A DNA stretch of 64,000 nt from Mobula hypostoma (taxonomy: Eukaryota), in assembly GCF_963921235.1 (NCBI RefSeq), contig NC_086103.1:13516001-13580000 (forward strand). Reading direction: 5' to 3'. The position numbers were made by a program, and so were the translations under genes. Positions within the stretch are counted from its first letter, which is position 1. Every line of letters begins with the position of its first letter. The notes under the pieces were generated by a model. That model saw only the letters and a list, made by a program, of their open reading frames with translations. It made no database searches and had not been told where the DNA came from. Below are positions 25,237 to 39,530 of this stretch, piece after piece.

Positions 25237-26636
25237 GTGACCTTCCATCGGAGGCAATGAGGAAGTTGTGATAGAGTGAATGAGTGAAAGGGAGAGAAGG
25301 CACATGAATTAGAGGGACAAATTGTTGGCTGGTTTTCATGTGGGTGGGGGAATGTTTTGCCGGTACAACTGTGCATAGACTGCTCTGTGGAAGTATCTCA
25401 CTGGGTGGGAGAGTGACTTTGTGATGACATTGATGGACACAGTCCATCAAATTAGTTTCAACAGATGCCAGTCCTTGGGGGTCAGTGGAGACTTGAAGAA
25501 CCTTCCATTGGTTCAGAATAGAACTCTATCTATCTATCTTTAACTATCTNNNNNNNNNNNNNNNNNNNNNNNNNNNNNNNNNNNNNNNNNNNNNNNNNNN
25601 NNNNNNNNNNNNNNNNNNNNNNNNNNNNNNNNNNNNNNNNNNNNNNNNNNNNNNNNNNNNNNNNNNNNNNNNNNNNNNNNNNNNNNNNNNNNNNNNNNNN
25701 NNNNNNNNNNNNNNNNNNNNNNNNNNNNNNNNNNNNNNNNNNNNNNNNNNNNNNNNNNNNNNNNNNNNNNNNNNNNNNNNNNNNNNNNNNNNNNNNNNNN
25801 NNNNNNNNNNNNNNNNNNNNNNNNNNNNNNNNNNNNNNNNNNNNNNNNNNNNNNNNNNNNNNNNNNNNNNNNNNNNNNNNNNNNNNNNNNNNNNNNNNNN
25901 NNNNNNNNNNNNNNNNNNNNNNNNNNNNNNNNNNNNNNNNNNNNNNNNNNNNNNNNNNNNNNNNNNNNNNNNNNNNNNNNNNNNNNNNNNNNNNNNNNNN
26001 NNNNNNNNNNNNNNNNNNNNNNNNNNNNNNNNNNNNNNNNNNNNNNNNNNNNNNNNNNNNNNNNNNNNNNNNNNNNNNNNNNNNNNNNNNNNNNNNNNNN
26101 NNNNNNNNNNNNNNNNNNNNNNNNNNNNNNNNNNNNNNNNNNNNNNNNNNNNNNNNNNNNNNNNNNNNNNNNNNNNNNNNNNNNNNNNNNNNNNNNNNNN
26201 NNNNNNNNNNNNNNNNNNNNNNNNNNNNNNCCCCTCTCTTCTCCCCTCTCTTCCCCCTCTCTTCCCCCTCTCTTCCCCCTCTNNNNNNNNNNNNNNNNNN
26301 NNNNNNNNNNNNNNNNNNNNNNNNNNNNNNNNNNNNNNNNNNNNNNNNNNNNNNNNNNNNNNNNNNNNNNNNNNNNNNNNNNNNNNNNNNNNNNNNNNNN
26401 NNNNNNNNNNNNNNNNNNNNNNNNNNNNNNNNNNNNNNNNNNTGCACAATGTCTGTCATTATTTATATCTTGTTTTTTATAAATTCTATTCTATTTCTTA
26501 GTTTTCCTGTGACTTGCTGTAAGAAAATGAACTTTAAGGTGGGCTATGGTGACGTACACGTAGTTTGACAATAAGTGGACGATGACGGTTGTGAACACTG
26601 GGATGGTCATCTTCTTCACCCTTGTGTTTTCCACAG

Positions 26637-26696
26637 GATCCAGCAACCACTCCCCAGCCAATGACCATGCTGGAACAAGTGCAACAGCTACTGAAG
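26637..26696 (+). CDS. CD74: CD74 exon 4 (DPATTPQPMTMLEQVQQLLK)
   Basis: 60-nt phase 0/0 exon with acceptor ttttccacAG and donor GTGTGT. Its end resembles human TEDHVMHLLQ. Confidence 0.88.
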
Positions 26697-27773
26697 GTGT
26701 GTCTCCGATCTGCTGTCCAACCACTGATTCCCAGAGCACAAAGAGAGTCTATCTGGCCCATTGTACACCATGAGAGACAGGAGCAGCATTAGGCCATTCA
26801 GCCCATCGAGCCTGCTCCTCCATTCCATCATGGCTGATTTATTATTCCCCTCAACCTCATTCTCCTGCCTTCTCCCCGTAACATTTAATGCCCTAACTAA
26901 TCAAGAACCTATCAACCTACATTTTAAATATACCCAATAGCTTGGCCTCCACAGCCATCTGTGTCACTGAATTCCACAGATCTACCACCCTCTGGCTATA
27001 GAAATACCTCCTCATCTCTGTTTTCTAAGGGACGTCCCTCTATTCTGAGGCTGTGCCCCCTGGTCCTAGACTCCCCCACTATAGGAAACATCTCTCCACA
27101 TCCACTCAGTCTAGGCCACAGCTCACTAACCTTAACCAGAACATCTTTGGAACGTGGGAAGAAACCAGATTATTTGGAGGAAACCCATGTCGTCACAGGG
27201 AGAACGTACAAACTCCTTACAGACAGCGGTGGGAATTGAACCCCGATCAGTGATCACTGGTGATGTAAAGTGATTGCGCTAACCGCTACACTACTGTTCC
27301 GCTGGGCTAAATGCCTTCTCCACCTACCTGTGGCTGCTTTCAGTAAACTGTGCCATTGTGCTTCCAGAATCATCTGTCTGTCTCAATCTATCACTCAGCT
27401 AATACTGTCTCCCAACCCCACTTCCCTACCTGTCACCATGGCCTGTCATCCCACACCCCTTCTCAGTCCGCCAATCTGCACGGAATCCTCTCCTCTTCTC
27501 CCTGCTCTATACCAGTCACCTCCCCTCTCCATTCTCGGTCCTGAGATAGGGTTTCAACACAAAACATCGACAATTCCTTCCTTCCTTCCCCTCACCCCAT
27601 AGGCACTGTTCAACCTGCTGAGTTCCTGCAGCCGTATGTCACTGCAAATTCTAGCACCTACGCTCCCTTGTGTCTCTCGTTATTGAGGAGATTTAAGGCT
27701 AGAAGCTGAGTACCTGTTTTCTTTGGAGGAGAGTTGGTTTGACAGTCATATTCTCTTTCCCGTTCAACTCCAG

Positions 27774-27869
27774 GAAGGAAACAAGAGCGTGGAGATGCCA
27801 GAACTGAAGGAGGGTTTCTCCAACAACCTGAAACTTCTGAAACAGAGCCTGAAGGAAGGTGACTGGCAG
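27774..27869 (+). CDS. CD74: CD74 exon 5 (trimerisation domain EGNKSVEMPELKEGFSNNLKLLKQSLKEGDWQ)
   Basis: 96-nt phase 0/0 exon that aligns to human [25 protein letters not shown]. Contains an N-K-S sequon. Confidence 0.93.
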
Positions 27870-30342
27870 GTGTGTGATGGCGGGAAAATCGCTTGATTGT
27901 GGAGAGGGTTTCTTCCTGCCAGCTGTAGTGCTTTAGCTGTTTTATTTGTTGAGGGAACCGGTCCTCCTGGCACAGCAAGAACATGCCGTTCAGTGACAAA
28001 CGCGCCCACCAACCCATACGTCTGTGGACTGAGGGAGGAACCAGTACACCCGGAGGAAAGGCACGCGGTCACGGGTAGAACGTACAAACTTCTTACAGAC
28101 AGCGGCAGGAATTGAACACGGGCCGCTGGGGCTGTGAAGTGTTGTGATAACCAATCCACTACCATTCTGCCCTAACGTGCCTTGTTTTTTTGATGCTCTG
28201 CTGCACGCTTGAGTGCTCGGTGGAGGGTGCTGATGCCTTTTTGCTGGTGGGGGTAAGGGGTGGTCACTGCCTTGTTGCTGCTTGGGTGTGTGAGGGGGAC
28301 TTGAGGGGGGGCTTTGGGGTTCTAACATTTTAACTGTCATTCATTCATTGGGGTACTTCTCTGTTTTCATGGATGTTTGCGAAGAAAAATAATTTCAGGA
28401 TGTATATCGTATACATTTCTGTGACGTTAAATGTGCCTATTGAAACCTATTGTAGAGTTTTAGAGCACAGAACACGGATCACAAAACACAGACTTCAGAA
28501 CACAGAATATAGAACATGAACATATAACATTATAACACAGTACAGGCCCTTATGTCCATAATGTTGTGCCGACATTTTACCCTGCTCTAAGATCAATCTA
28601 ACCCTTCCCTTCCACATAGCCCTCCATTTTTCTATCACCCACATGCCCACCTAAGAGTCTTTTAAATGTCCCCAAGGTGCGTGCCTCCACCACCACAGTC
28701 CAGCAGGGTGTTCTATGCGCCACAACTCCGTTAAAATAACTACCTCTGCAAGCTACACTATAGGAAAAATCCAGCTGGTCTATTTGGCCTTTGTGCTCCA
28801 TGCAGTCACAGTATGAAAACAGGCTCCTTTGGCCCAACTCACCCGTGCTGACCAAGATTAAGGATTATTTGTCGAGTGTACATCGAAACATCTAAACATA
28901 CAGTGAAGTGTGTCATTTGTGTCAACGACCAACATAATCCAGTGATGTGCTGGGCGCAGCCCGCAAGTGTTGCCACCCTTCCAGTGCCAACATAGAATGC
29001 CCATAACTCACTAAGCCAAACGGTATGTTTTTGTAAAGTTGGTGGAAACTGGAGCACCCGGAGGAAACTCCCATGGTTACGGAGAGAACGTACAAATTCC
29101 TTATAGAGAGCAGCAGAATTGAACCCCTATTACTTGTGCTGTAAATTATTACATTGACCTCTACGCTACCATGCCGTGTGTTCCTATCTGAGATTTCAAT
29201 CGGAAGAACGTGTGCCACGTGTTCCTATTTAAGATTCCTATCTGAAGAGCACGCAAACTCCTTGCAGACAGCGATGGGAATTGAACCCCGATCACTGGTG
29301 TGTAAAGCATAATGCTAACCACTACGATATCGTGCTGCCTGTTCCTGTCTGAGCTAATCCCATTTGCCTGCAGTTGGCTTGTCTCCGTTCAGATTTACTT
29401 ATCACACGTACGGTACTTACAATGAAATGCATCGTTCACGTTAACAACCAACACACCCAAAAGTGTGCAGGGGGCAGCTGGCAAGAGTTGCCACACATTC
29501 CGGCACCAACACAGCATGCCCATAATGTTCAGTAGAAGAACACAGGAGACAACAAACTGAGAAACATCAACAGCAAAATAAGCCCAGTTCATTCCTTGCA
29601 CCTCCTTCTATCCATGTACCCACCCAAGTTTCTCAAAAGCTTTAACTGTATCCATCCTGCCCTCTGCCACTTCCACATATCCTTCAGCCTGTGAGTGGAA
29701 AACATTGCCCATCAGATCTGCTTTAACTCTTTCCCCTCTCACTTGGAACCCATTCACTCTCGTCTTTGACTCCCCTGCCCTGGGATTACGAATGTGACTT
29801 TCTCTGCCCCCGCCCCTTATAAAGGGCAACACTCAGCCCCTATCATTCCTGGGAAAAGAGGCCCCAGCCACTCTGGACCAACTCAGCAGCTCAGGCAACA
29901 TCTATTTAGGGGAATAAACAGTTGACTTTTTGGGCCAAGACCACTGTTCCCTCTAAGCTATGCAGGTGCGTGGCTGCACAGTAACAGAAATGCTCCCACG
30001 CACATAGCCTTTGTTGCCTTGCAGCTGGAATTTTCTTTTATCTAATGTTACATAATTTTGAAATTATATTTTTTAGTATACATTTAACATAAACTGTATT
30101 CAAGGTACTTAATTTTACCCTACAAATAATAAATAAAAATTTAAAAAAATGTGATTTTTCAATTTTCATTCTAACTATTCAGAGTATGCATATTACAAAA
30201 AATAACGTTTAAAGTGCCATTGGTATTCTGGCCGTGTAAAAATTTCTTGCTCAGAGCAATGGTTGGTGCGTGCAGCTAAAAAGGAGAATTACTGGGACTA
30301 TTGGAAATAACCCCTAACTACTCACCCGTTTGTGTTTTCCAG

Positions 30343-30445
30343 GAATTTGAATCTTGGCTTCAGAATTGGCTTCTCTTCCAACTTGTTCAGGGCGAGAAGA
30401 AACCTGCTCCGACCAGAGCACCCAGGATCCAACCCCAGCCTCAGG
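30343..30445 (+). CDS. CD74: CD74 exon 6 (end of trimerisation domain EFESWLQNWLLFQLVQGEKKPAPTRAPRIQPQPQ)
   Basis: Matches human VFESWMHHWLLFEM. Acceptor ttttccAG, donor GTATGT, phases 0/1. Confidence 0.95.
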
Positions 30446-31859
30446 GTATGTAGCAGTTGTTGGCTGTCTAATTGACACTATATTCGACCATTCCTCCCAC
30501 TCCAGCCCACCTCTTCCGTCATCTCTTCTAGAAGCTAGAGTTTGTTTGTGGTGTAACGAGAGTCAGACCCTTTCAGCCCGTCTAGTCTATGGCAAACCAT
30601 TAATCTGTCTAGTCCCACCAGCCTGCACCCAGACCATAGCCCTCCCATCCAAGTAATTATCCAAATTTCTGTTAAATATTGCGATTGAATCTGCATTCAC
30701 CACTTCCACTGGCAGCTCATTTCACACTCTCACCACCCTCTGAGTGAAGAAGTTTTCCCTCACATTCCCTTTAAACTTTTCACCTTTAACCCAGTTCTAG
30801 TCTCACTCAACCTCAGTGGGAAAAACTTGCTTGCATTAACCCTATCTGTACACCTCTAATCAGCTCTCCTCTCAGTCTTCTATGTTCTAGAGAATAAAGT
30901 TCTAACTCTTTCAACCTCTCCCTACGGCTCAGGTTACAACATTGTTGTAAATTTTCTCTGCACTCTTTCAATCTTATTTACGTCTCTCCTGTAAGTAGGC
31001 GACCAAAACTGCACACAGGCCTCACCAACTTCCGGTCAAAAAACAATGTATTGAGAGTATAGTACTATCACACTCCCTTGAGCGGCTGGACAAACGTGGG
31101 TTGTTTTCTCTGGCCCGGTGGAGGCTGAGGGGAGATCTGATAGAAGTTTATAAGATTATGAGACGCAGATGGAGTAGAAAGACAATATTTTTTTCCAAGG
31201 GTTGAAATGTCTAATACCAGAGGGAATGCATTGAAGGTGAGAGGGGGTAATCTCAAAGGAGGACTGAAGGGAAAGTTTTTTTTACACAGAGAGTGGTGGG
31301 TGCCTGGAATGTGCAGATTGGGGTGGGGGTAGAGGCAGATACATTAGAGACTTTTAACAGATGTTTAGATAGGTACAGGATACAGCCCATGGTATTACAG
31401 GACAGATACTAGTATAGGTAGAAGATCGGCTGACTGGCAGGAGGCAGAGAGTGGGAATAAAGGGAGCCTTTTCTGGTTGGCTTCCAGTGACTAGCGGTGT
31501 TCCACAGGGGACTGTGTTGGGACCACTTCTTTTCACGTTATATGTCAATGATTTAGATGAAGGAATTGGTGCCTTTGTGGCCAAGTTTGTGGACAATACA
31601 AAGATAGGTGGAGGGGCAAACAATTTTGAGGCAGCAGAGTGTCTGCAGAAGGACTTGGAGAATCGGCAAAGAAGTGGCAAAGGGAATGCAGTGTCGGAAG
31701 TGTATGATCATGCACTTCGGCTGAAGGAATGAAGGTGTAGACTAGTTTCCAAATGGGGAGAACATTTTTAAAAAATCAAAGGTGCAAAGAGACTTGGGAG
31801 TCCTTGTGCAAATTTTTCCCCGAACCCTTGAGTCAGTGTTGAAATTATGTAAATCATAG

Positions 31860-33500
31860 CTTACAAAACATAGAATTATCCATAAAATAAAAAACAAACA
31901 TGGCAGAAATAAATATCAATATAATAACCATGTGTGTCTATTTAGACCTCTAATAACAGAAAAGACTGCCATTCAGCAATATGCTTCACCACACATTCAC
32001 CACTATTTCCCCCCCCCCCAGGAAACCTAAATAATTGCCCCATTTTTGTGTATGGATGTCCAATCTATCAAACTGTTTGTAAGATGTGCGTTCAAAAGCT
32101 GCCACTTTGGCTATTTCTGTGGCCCACTCCTGAAATGATTGGCCCCCCCCAGGTCCTCCAGCCTCTAAGTATAATTTGTCTTCCTACCATTATACTTGTC
32201 TGGATCCAATTTTGAGTGTTTATCCCCAAGTAACCCAAGGGTGTCTCCCAAGACAAAAAGTCTGGGGCAGAAAGGGAGTTGAATACCCGAAACTTCACCA
32301 ATATACTTATGTATCATAATCCAAAATTCTTGAATTCTGGGACAGGACCAGAGCGCATGTACTGAGACCCCTTTATCTGCCTCTCAGCGCCAACAATCAG
32401 GGGTATTTTTCAACCCTAATCTATGTAACCTTGCTGGAGTCCAATAAAAACGGTGTAGGATCTTAAACTGAATAAGGCGCACCCTCAGGTCTCTTGACGT
32501 TGTTTTGACATTTTTGCAAATTTTGTCCCACTCCTTTGTCTCAAAAGTCACAGAAGTCACACAAGTCACACAAGTCACACTCAGGTCTTTTTCCCATGCT
32601 CTTTTAAGACCCAACAGAAATTTGTCCCCAGAGATTTGTGTTAAAGCTGAATAATAAGGTGAGGCTTCGTGACCTTTACCATATGCAGCCAGTACAGTAG
32701 ACAGTATCATAGCAACTTGTGGGGGTTGCTGTGTAGAACCAAAAGTTGTATATAGTAAATGATGCAGTTGAAGGTATCTCCAAAATTGTGACATAGAGAT
32801 ATCGTACTGTTGGGTTAATTGATTAAAAGATTTTAAACTGTCACCATTATAAAGGTCTCCCAATTTAATTACACCTTTCCCTTGCCATTCCCTCCAGAAG
32901 AAAGGGGACTTATCAATACACAACTTTGGATTCATCCACATACTCGAGGCTTCATTCAAATATGGATTAAATTTAAATAATCTGGCTAGTTTATTCCGAA
33001 ACAAGTGCATATGCGATGTAATTGGGTGAAACCTTGCCTCAGGAGGTAACTTGATAGACAAACATTGTAATGGAGGGATGGGAGGAAGAGCAGAACACTA
33101 AATACGATACCAAGGAGACGCTCTCTCCGGAGGGAGAGACCAGTGTGCTAGTGTAGTAACTTTGGGATAGTAATAGTATATTAACTTTGGCAAACCTAAA
33201 CCCCCCCCCCCCGCCGCCCCCTTTCAACTGGCAATTGTAATTTGTTAAAGTTTAAGTGTGGACATTTACCATGCCCAATAAAAGCCTTAATTATTTTATC
33301 AATTTGCTCAAAATATGTTAATGGGATTTGAACTGGTAACAACTGGAACAGATAATTAACCTTTGGAATGTTATTCATCTTCAAGGCATTCACTTTTCCC
33401 GACATTGACAAATACAACGATGACCATCTGTCTACACATCACATGAAATTCTCTGCAATAATGGATCAAAATTTACCTTTACTAAATCCTTCAGTTGAGG
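31860..33500 (-). mobile_element. Fish-type L1 ORF2 C-terminal fragment in CD74 intron 6
   Basis: KVNALKMNNIPKVNYLFQLLP and LIQFKILHRFYWTP..CWR motifs. Confidence 0.8.
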
Positions 33501-33699
33501 GGGAAGATTAATACCTAAATATCGGAGGTTGATAGGTTCTTGATTAATCGGGGTATCACAGTTTACGGGAAGAAGGCAGGAGAATACGGTTGAGAGAAGT
33601 ATTAAATCATCCATGATGGAATGGCGGAGCAAACACGATGGGCCAAATGGCCCAATTCTGCTCCCTTGTGAGGAAAGTAGAAGGGTATAGAAGAGGTTA

Positions 33700-34880
33700 A
33701 TTTATTTGGCCATTTGCAGGGGTATGCGCCTGGGGAGAGATTAGTGGGAAGGGACAAATGGACGAGGGGAATCATGGAGGAAGCGATCCCTGTGGAAAGT
33801 GGAAGGGAGGTGATTAAGATACGTTTGGTGGTAGCAACCCTTTGGAGGTGGCGGAAGTTTTGGAGAGTGATGTGTTGGATGCAGAGGCTGGTGGGGTGGT
33901 AGGTAAGGAGAAGAGGAACTCTATCACTGTTAAGGCGGCAGGAAGATGGGGTGGGCATGGATGCTCAGGACATGGAGGAAGGGAAACCCTGCTCTTTGAG
34001 GAAAGAGGACATCTCTGATGTCCAGGAAAGGAAAACCTCATCCTTGTAACCGACATGGCAGAGATGAGGGTACTGAGAGAGGGAACAATTGGGTGGAAGA
34101 GCTTTAGTCAAGATAACCATGGGAATTGGTATGTTTGAAAACATGTTGGTAGACAGCTTGTCTCCAGAGGTGGAGATAGAGAGATTGAGAGAAAACAAAG
34201 ACAGGTACAGTATCAGAAATGGACTAAATGAATTTAAGGGCAGGGTGGAAGTTGGAGGCAAAGTTGATGAAATTGGTGAGCTCAGCATGGGTTCCAGAAG
34301 CAGCACCAATGCAGTTGTCAATGTAGTGGAGGAAGAGATGGGGAACATTACTGGGGAAGGCTTGGAACACAGACTGGTCCACATAGCCAATAAAAAGGCA
34401 GACATAGCTGTGGCCCATGTGGGTACCCATGGCTACCCCTCGAGTCTGGAGAAAATGGGAGGAGCTGAAGGAGAAATTATTGCGAGTGAGGACCAGTTCT
34501 GCCAGTTGGAAGAGGAGAACTGGATGAGTCTTTTGTTGAGAAAGAAGCAGAGAGCTTTAACGCTTTCTTGTTGGGGGATAGAAGTGTATAGGGACTAGAT
34601 GTCCAGAGTGAAAATGAGGTGGTCAGGGTCAGGGAATTGAGAAACAGTGAGGAGATCGAGAACATGAGAAGTATCACAGATGTAGCTGGGAACGGACTGA
34701 ACCAAGGGGGATAAAGTAGAGTCGAGTATGAAGACAAGTTCAGTGTGGCCGGATCAGGCAGAGACAATGGGCTTACCTGGACAGTCATGTTTGTGGATCT
34801 TAAGTAGGAGGTAGAAATGAGCAGTGTGGGGTAAGGGAACTATGGGTTTGGTGGCAGTGGATGGGTGCAGGGTGGGTAGT
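33700..34880 (-). mobile_element. Penelope-like element RT fragment
   Basis: MGTHMGHSY..LFIG (AMGTRMGPSY-like) and RVPLLLTYHPT motifs. Confidence 0.75.
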
Positions 34881-35129
34881 GTCTGCAATAATTTTTCTGC
34901 CCACTTCTCTGCCCTGGACAAGGTGCAAAGGTGAATTTAGAATGGTAGTCCACTCCAGGACAGACCAAAGGTTGGGAGAATGGATTTAGGATGAGATGGA
35001 AACGTTTAAAAGGGATCTAAGGGGCAACATTTTTTCACACAGAGGATGGTGAATACATGAACGGATCTGTATTACGAGGAGATATTGTTACCTGTCTTGA
35101 AAGTAATCAAACTGTTTTTGCTTCAACAG

Positions 35130-35237
35130 GTAGGAAGATGTCCAGCATGGCGATGAGGCCAATGCTCCATGTTCTGCCACTCTCCGCAGACCAACCCAAG
35201 GCAGCCGAAATGCCCGAACTGGTGCCTGTAACAAGGG
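35130..35237 (+). CDS. CD74: CD74 extra cassette exon, CLIP-like (GRKMSSMAMRPMLHVLPLSADQPKAAEMPELVPVTR)
   Basis: 108 nt, phase 1/1, acceptor tttttgcttcaacAG, donor GTAACT, open in the required frame. It sits in a non-repeat island and is 11/19 identical to the exon-3 CLIP. Confidence 0.8.
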
Positions 35238-36814
35238 GTAACTATTGATGGATTGTAATGTTTTACATTCAAGGTTCTTTCAGAAGTCAGGAATGAGACA
35301 CAAATCTTCACGGTAGTTGAATTAAGGAAATATGAAATGGGCAGTGACAGGAGCAGAAGTTAAGGTCTAAAATGCTGAGATTAAGATTAAGAAGATGGTG
35401 CTGGCCTCGTGGTCAGCTGTTTTTATAACCAAAGATAAGGAACATTCCAATCAAATTTGCAGATAAGAGTTAACCAATGAGATAATATTTATTCAAATAA
35501 TGTAGTACCGAGAGAAGTTTCCAGACTTGTATCCGTATAACCACTACAAGAACTAAAAATACAAACACATAATTAATTGTTAAATATCAAAGAAAATAAT
35601 TTAAACAGTCTGATCTAAGAATTAAATAGCCAGAGCACAATACTATGGCAACACATATTCAACTTGGAAAAGGATTGGGAAGGGCATTGTGAAACCACGG
35701 GATTGGGAAAGGGGAAACTGGAATCTAAGAGGTATATGCATTAAGAAATGATGTGAGAAATTCTTGGATTAGAATTGAAATGGTAATATAGTGGTTAGCA
35801 TGCCAGAGTTCAGAGTTCAGTCCTGGTGTCCTCTGTACGTCCTCCCAGTGGAATGTGGGGTTGTCCCTGTGTGCTCTGGTTTCCTCCCACAGTCGAAAGA
35901 TGTACCGGTACCGGGTTGGTTAATTGGTCATTGAAATTGTCCTGTGATAAGGTTAGGGTTAAATTGGGGTTGTTGGGGGCTGTGCGGGAATGGGGCTGGA
36001 GGGGCCTTTCCGTGTCGTATCTCTAATAAATAAATAATAGAAATAAATAAACGCTTGATACGGGAAGATATAATTAATGAGGATTGGCCTGTCGAAGGGA
36101 TTGAGGAGAGATGCTTTCTCTGTGTTGCAAATCGTTTGAGCTCCCTTTGTCAAAGGGCAGTGGAAAGAGAGTCTTTGCATATTTGCAAGGTGAAGGTAGG
36201 TAAATTCTTGATAAGCAAGGAGGTGAAAGGTTACCATGGATGTACCGAATTGGTGAACTGGGGTGACAATCAACTCAGCCTCACTCTTATCTGATCGGGG
36301 CATCAGAGGTTACAGGGAGAAGGCAGGGTAAAAGGGTTGTGAGGAATAATAAATCAGCCTAATGGAACCGAAGAGCATACGCAATGGGCCGAATGGCTTA
36401 ATTCTGCTCCTGTATCTTAGAGTATTGTGGTCCTAGTGTTCGACCTCTGCTCCTACTTCGCAGGATCGTGTGTCAGAATCAGAATCAGGTTTAATATCAC
36501 TGACATATGTTGCGAAATTTGGGGATTTGGGGCAGCAGTGCAGTGCAATACATAACACAATTATACATTACCATAATTACAATAATTACTATAAGTTCCA
36601 ATCAGAAAAATAAAAAAATAAGAAGTGTAAAGGAGAGAAAATTAGTCATGCAGAGTTTATTGTCCATTCAGAACTCTGATGGCAGAAGGGAAGAAGCTGT
36701 TCCTAAAACACTGAGTGTGTGAATTCGGTCTCCTGTACCTCCTCCCTGATGGTAGCAATGAAAAGAACACAAGGCTGGGTGGCGATGGTTCATTGGATGG
36801 GGGATTAGACCAGA

Positions 36815-39530
36815 AGACCATAACATAGGAGCAGAATTATGCTATTTGGCCCATCAAGTCTGCTGTACCATTCAGTCATAGCTGATTCATTATTTTCCCT
36901 CCTCAGCCTTCTCCTTGTAACCTTTGATGCTGTGGCCAATAAAGAAATTTTCAATCTCCGCCTTAAATGCTCCCAATGATTTGTCCTCCACACTGCTTGT
37001 GGTAACAAATTCCAGAAAACCAACCAGAAAAGGATCATTTTAATCCCACTCATTACCTCTTACCAATCAGCCAATACTCTAACCATACTAGTCACTTTCC
37101 TGTAATACCATGGGCTCATAACTTGGCAAGCAGCCTCATGTGTGGCACCTTGTCAAAGGCCTTCTGAAAATCCAAATATACAACATCCACTGTATCCCCT
37201 TTATCTATCCTACTTGTAATCTTCTCAAAGAATTACAACGGTTTTGTCAGGCAAGATTTTCCCTTAAAGAAACCATGCTGACTTTTCCTATCTTGTCCTG
37301 TGTCACTAGGTACTCCATAATCTAATCCTTAAAAATTGACTCCAGCATCTTCCCAACCACTGAGGTCAGGATAACTGGTCTATAATTTCCTTTCTGCTGC
37401 CTCCATCCTTTCTTAAAGAGTGGAGTGATCTTTGCAATTTTTTCAATCCTCTGGAACCATGCCAGAGTCCAATGATTCTTGAAAGATCATTACTAATGCC
37501 TCCACAATCTCTACCATTACCTATTTCAAAACCCTAGGGTACAGTTCATCTAGTCCAGGTGACTTACGTATCTTTAGGTCTTTCAGCTTTTTGATCACCT
37601 TTTCCCTTGTGATAGTAACTGCACCCACTTCTCTTCCCTCACACCCTTCAACACCTGTCACACTGCTAGTATCTTCCACAGTGAAGACTGATGCAAAATA
37701 CTCATTTAGTTCACCAGCCATCTTCTTGTCCCCTGTTATTATTTCTCCTGCCTCATTTTCTAGCGGTCCTATATCCACTCTCATGTCTCTTTTATTTTTT
37801 GATAAAGCTTTTTTGATCCACCTTGTTTTTGTTTGCTATTGCTTGCTTTCGTATTTCATCTTTTCCCTCCTAATGATTCTTTTAGTTCCTTTCTGTAGGG
37901 TTTTAAAAGCTTCCCAATCCTCTATCTTCCCACTAATTTTTGCATTGTTGTATTGCCTCTCTTTTGCTTTTACATTGGCTTTGACTTCCCTTGTCAGCCA
38001 CAGTTGTACTATTTTGCCAATTGAGTATTTCTTTGTTTTTGGAATACATCTATCTTGCACCTTCCTCATTTTTCCCAGAAACTCACACCATTGCTGCTCT
38101 GCTGTCATCCCTGCCAGCATCTCCCTCCATTTTACTTTGGCCAACTCCTGTCTCATACCACTGTAATGTCCTTTACTCCACTGAAATACTGCTACATCAG
38201 ACTTTGCCTTCTCCCTATCAAATTTCAAATTGAATTTAATCTTATTGTGATCACTGCCTCCTAAGGCTTCCTTTACCTTCAGCTCCCAAATCACCTCTGG
38301 TTCATTGCATAACACCCAATCCAGTATAGCTGATCCCCTAGTTGGCTCATCAACAAACTGCTCTAAAAAGCCACCTCATAGGCATTGAACAAATTCACTC
38401 TCTTGAAATTCATTACCAGCCTAATTTTCCTAATCGACCTGCATGTTACAATCTTCCATGACTATCATAACCTTGCCCTTTTGACACACCTTTTCTATTT
38501 GCTATTGTAATTTCTGGTTCACATCCAATCTACTGTTGGGATGCCTGTATATAACTACCATCAGGGTCCTTTTACCCTTACAGTTTCTTAACCCAACCAC
38601 AAGGATTCAACATCTTCCGATTCTATGTCACATCTTTCTAATGATTTGACGCCATTCTTTACTAGCAGAGCCACACCACTACCTCTGCCTACCTTCCTAT
38701 GCCTCCAATGTATCATGTAACCTTGGACATTCAACTCCCAACTACAACCATCCTTCAGCCGTGATTCAGTGATGGCCCCAACATCATACCTGGCAATCTG
38801 TGAAAGTGCGAGAAGATCATCCACTTTATTTCTTATTCTCCGGGCATTGAGTTATAACACTTCAAGTAGCGTATTTGCTATCCTTTTTGATTCTGCATCC
38901 TTAACACACTGATACCCTGCTGACTGCAGTTTTGTTCTATCATATGCCTGCCCTTCCTGACAGTCTGGTTGCATGCTATCTTTGCTTTTTTACCATCCGT
39001 CCTATCCTGAGTCCCTTCACTCCGGTTCCCAACCCCCTGCCAAATTAGTTTAAAACCTTCCCAACAGCTCTAACAAACCTGTGCAGAGGAATATTGGTCC
39101 CCCTCGGGTTCAGATGCAACCCGTCCCTTTTGAACAGGTCCTACCTCCCCTAGGAAAGATCCCAATGATCCAAGAACATGAAGCCATGCCCCCTGCACCA
39201 GCTTCTCAGCCATGCATTAATCTGCCAAACCATCCTGTTTCTACCCTCACTGGCATGTGGCACAGGCAGCAATCCAGAAATCACTACCCTGGAGGTCCTG
39301 CTTCTCAGCTTTCTTCCTCGCTCTCTAAATTCTCTCTTCAGGACCTCATTGCTTTTCCTTCGTATGTCATTGGTACCAGTATGTACCAAGGCATCTGGCT
39401 GCTTTCCTACCCCCGCCAAAATGCTGTGGATGTGATCCGAGACATCCCTGACCCTGGCACCTGGGAGACAGCATATCATTCAGGTATCCCATTCATGTCC
39501 GTGGAATCTGCTGTCTGTTCTTCTGACTGT
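36815..39530 (-). mobile_element. Degenerate CR1 LINE with ORF1 SGNH esterase
   Basis: CLPGARVRDV..VHTGTNDI (39150-39479), followed by APE and RT-upstream remnants. Confidence 0.8.

Noticed and set aside
25530-26459. ORFs spanning N runs (also 13831-14660 and 22227-22883)
   Set aside because: Artefacts of assembly gaps. The gap content is unknown, so extra small exons or elements there cannot be excluded.
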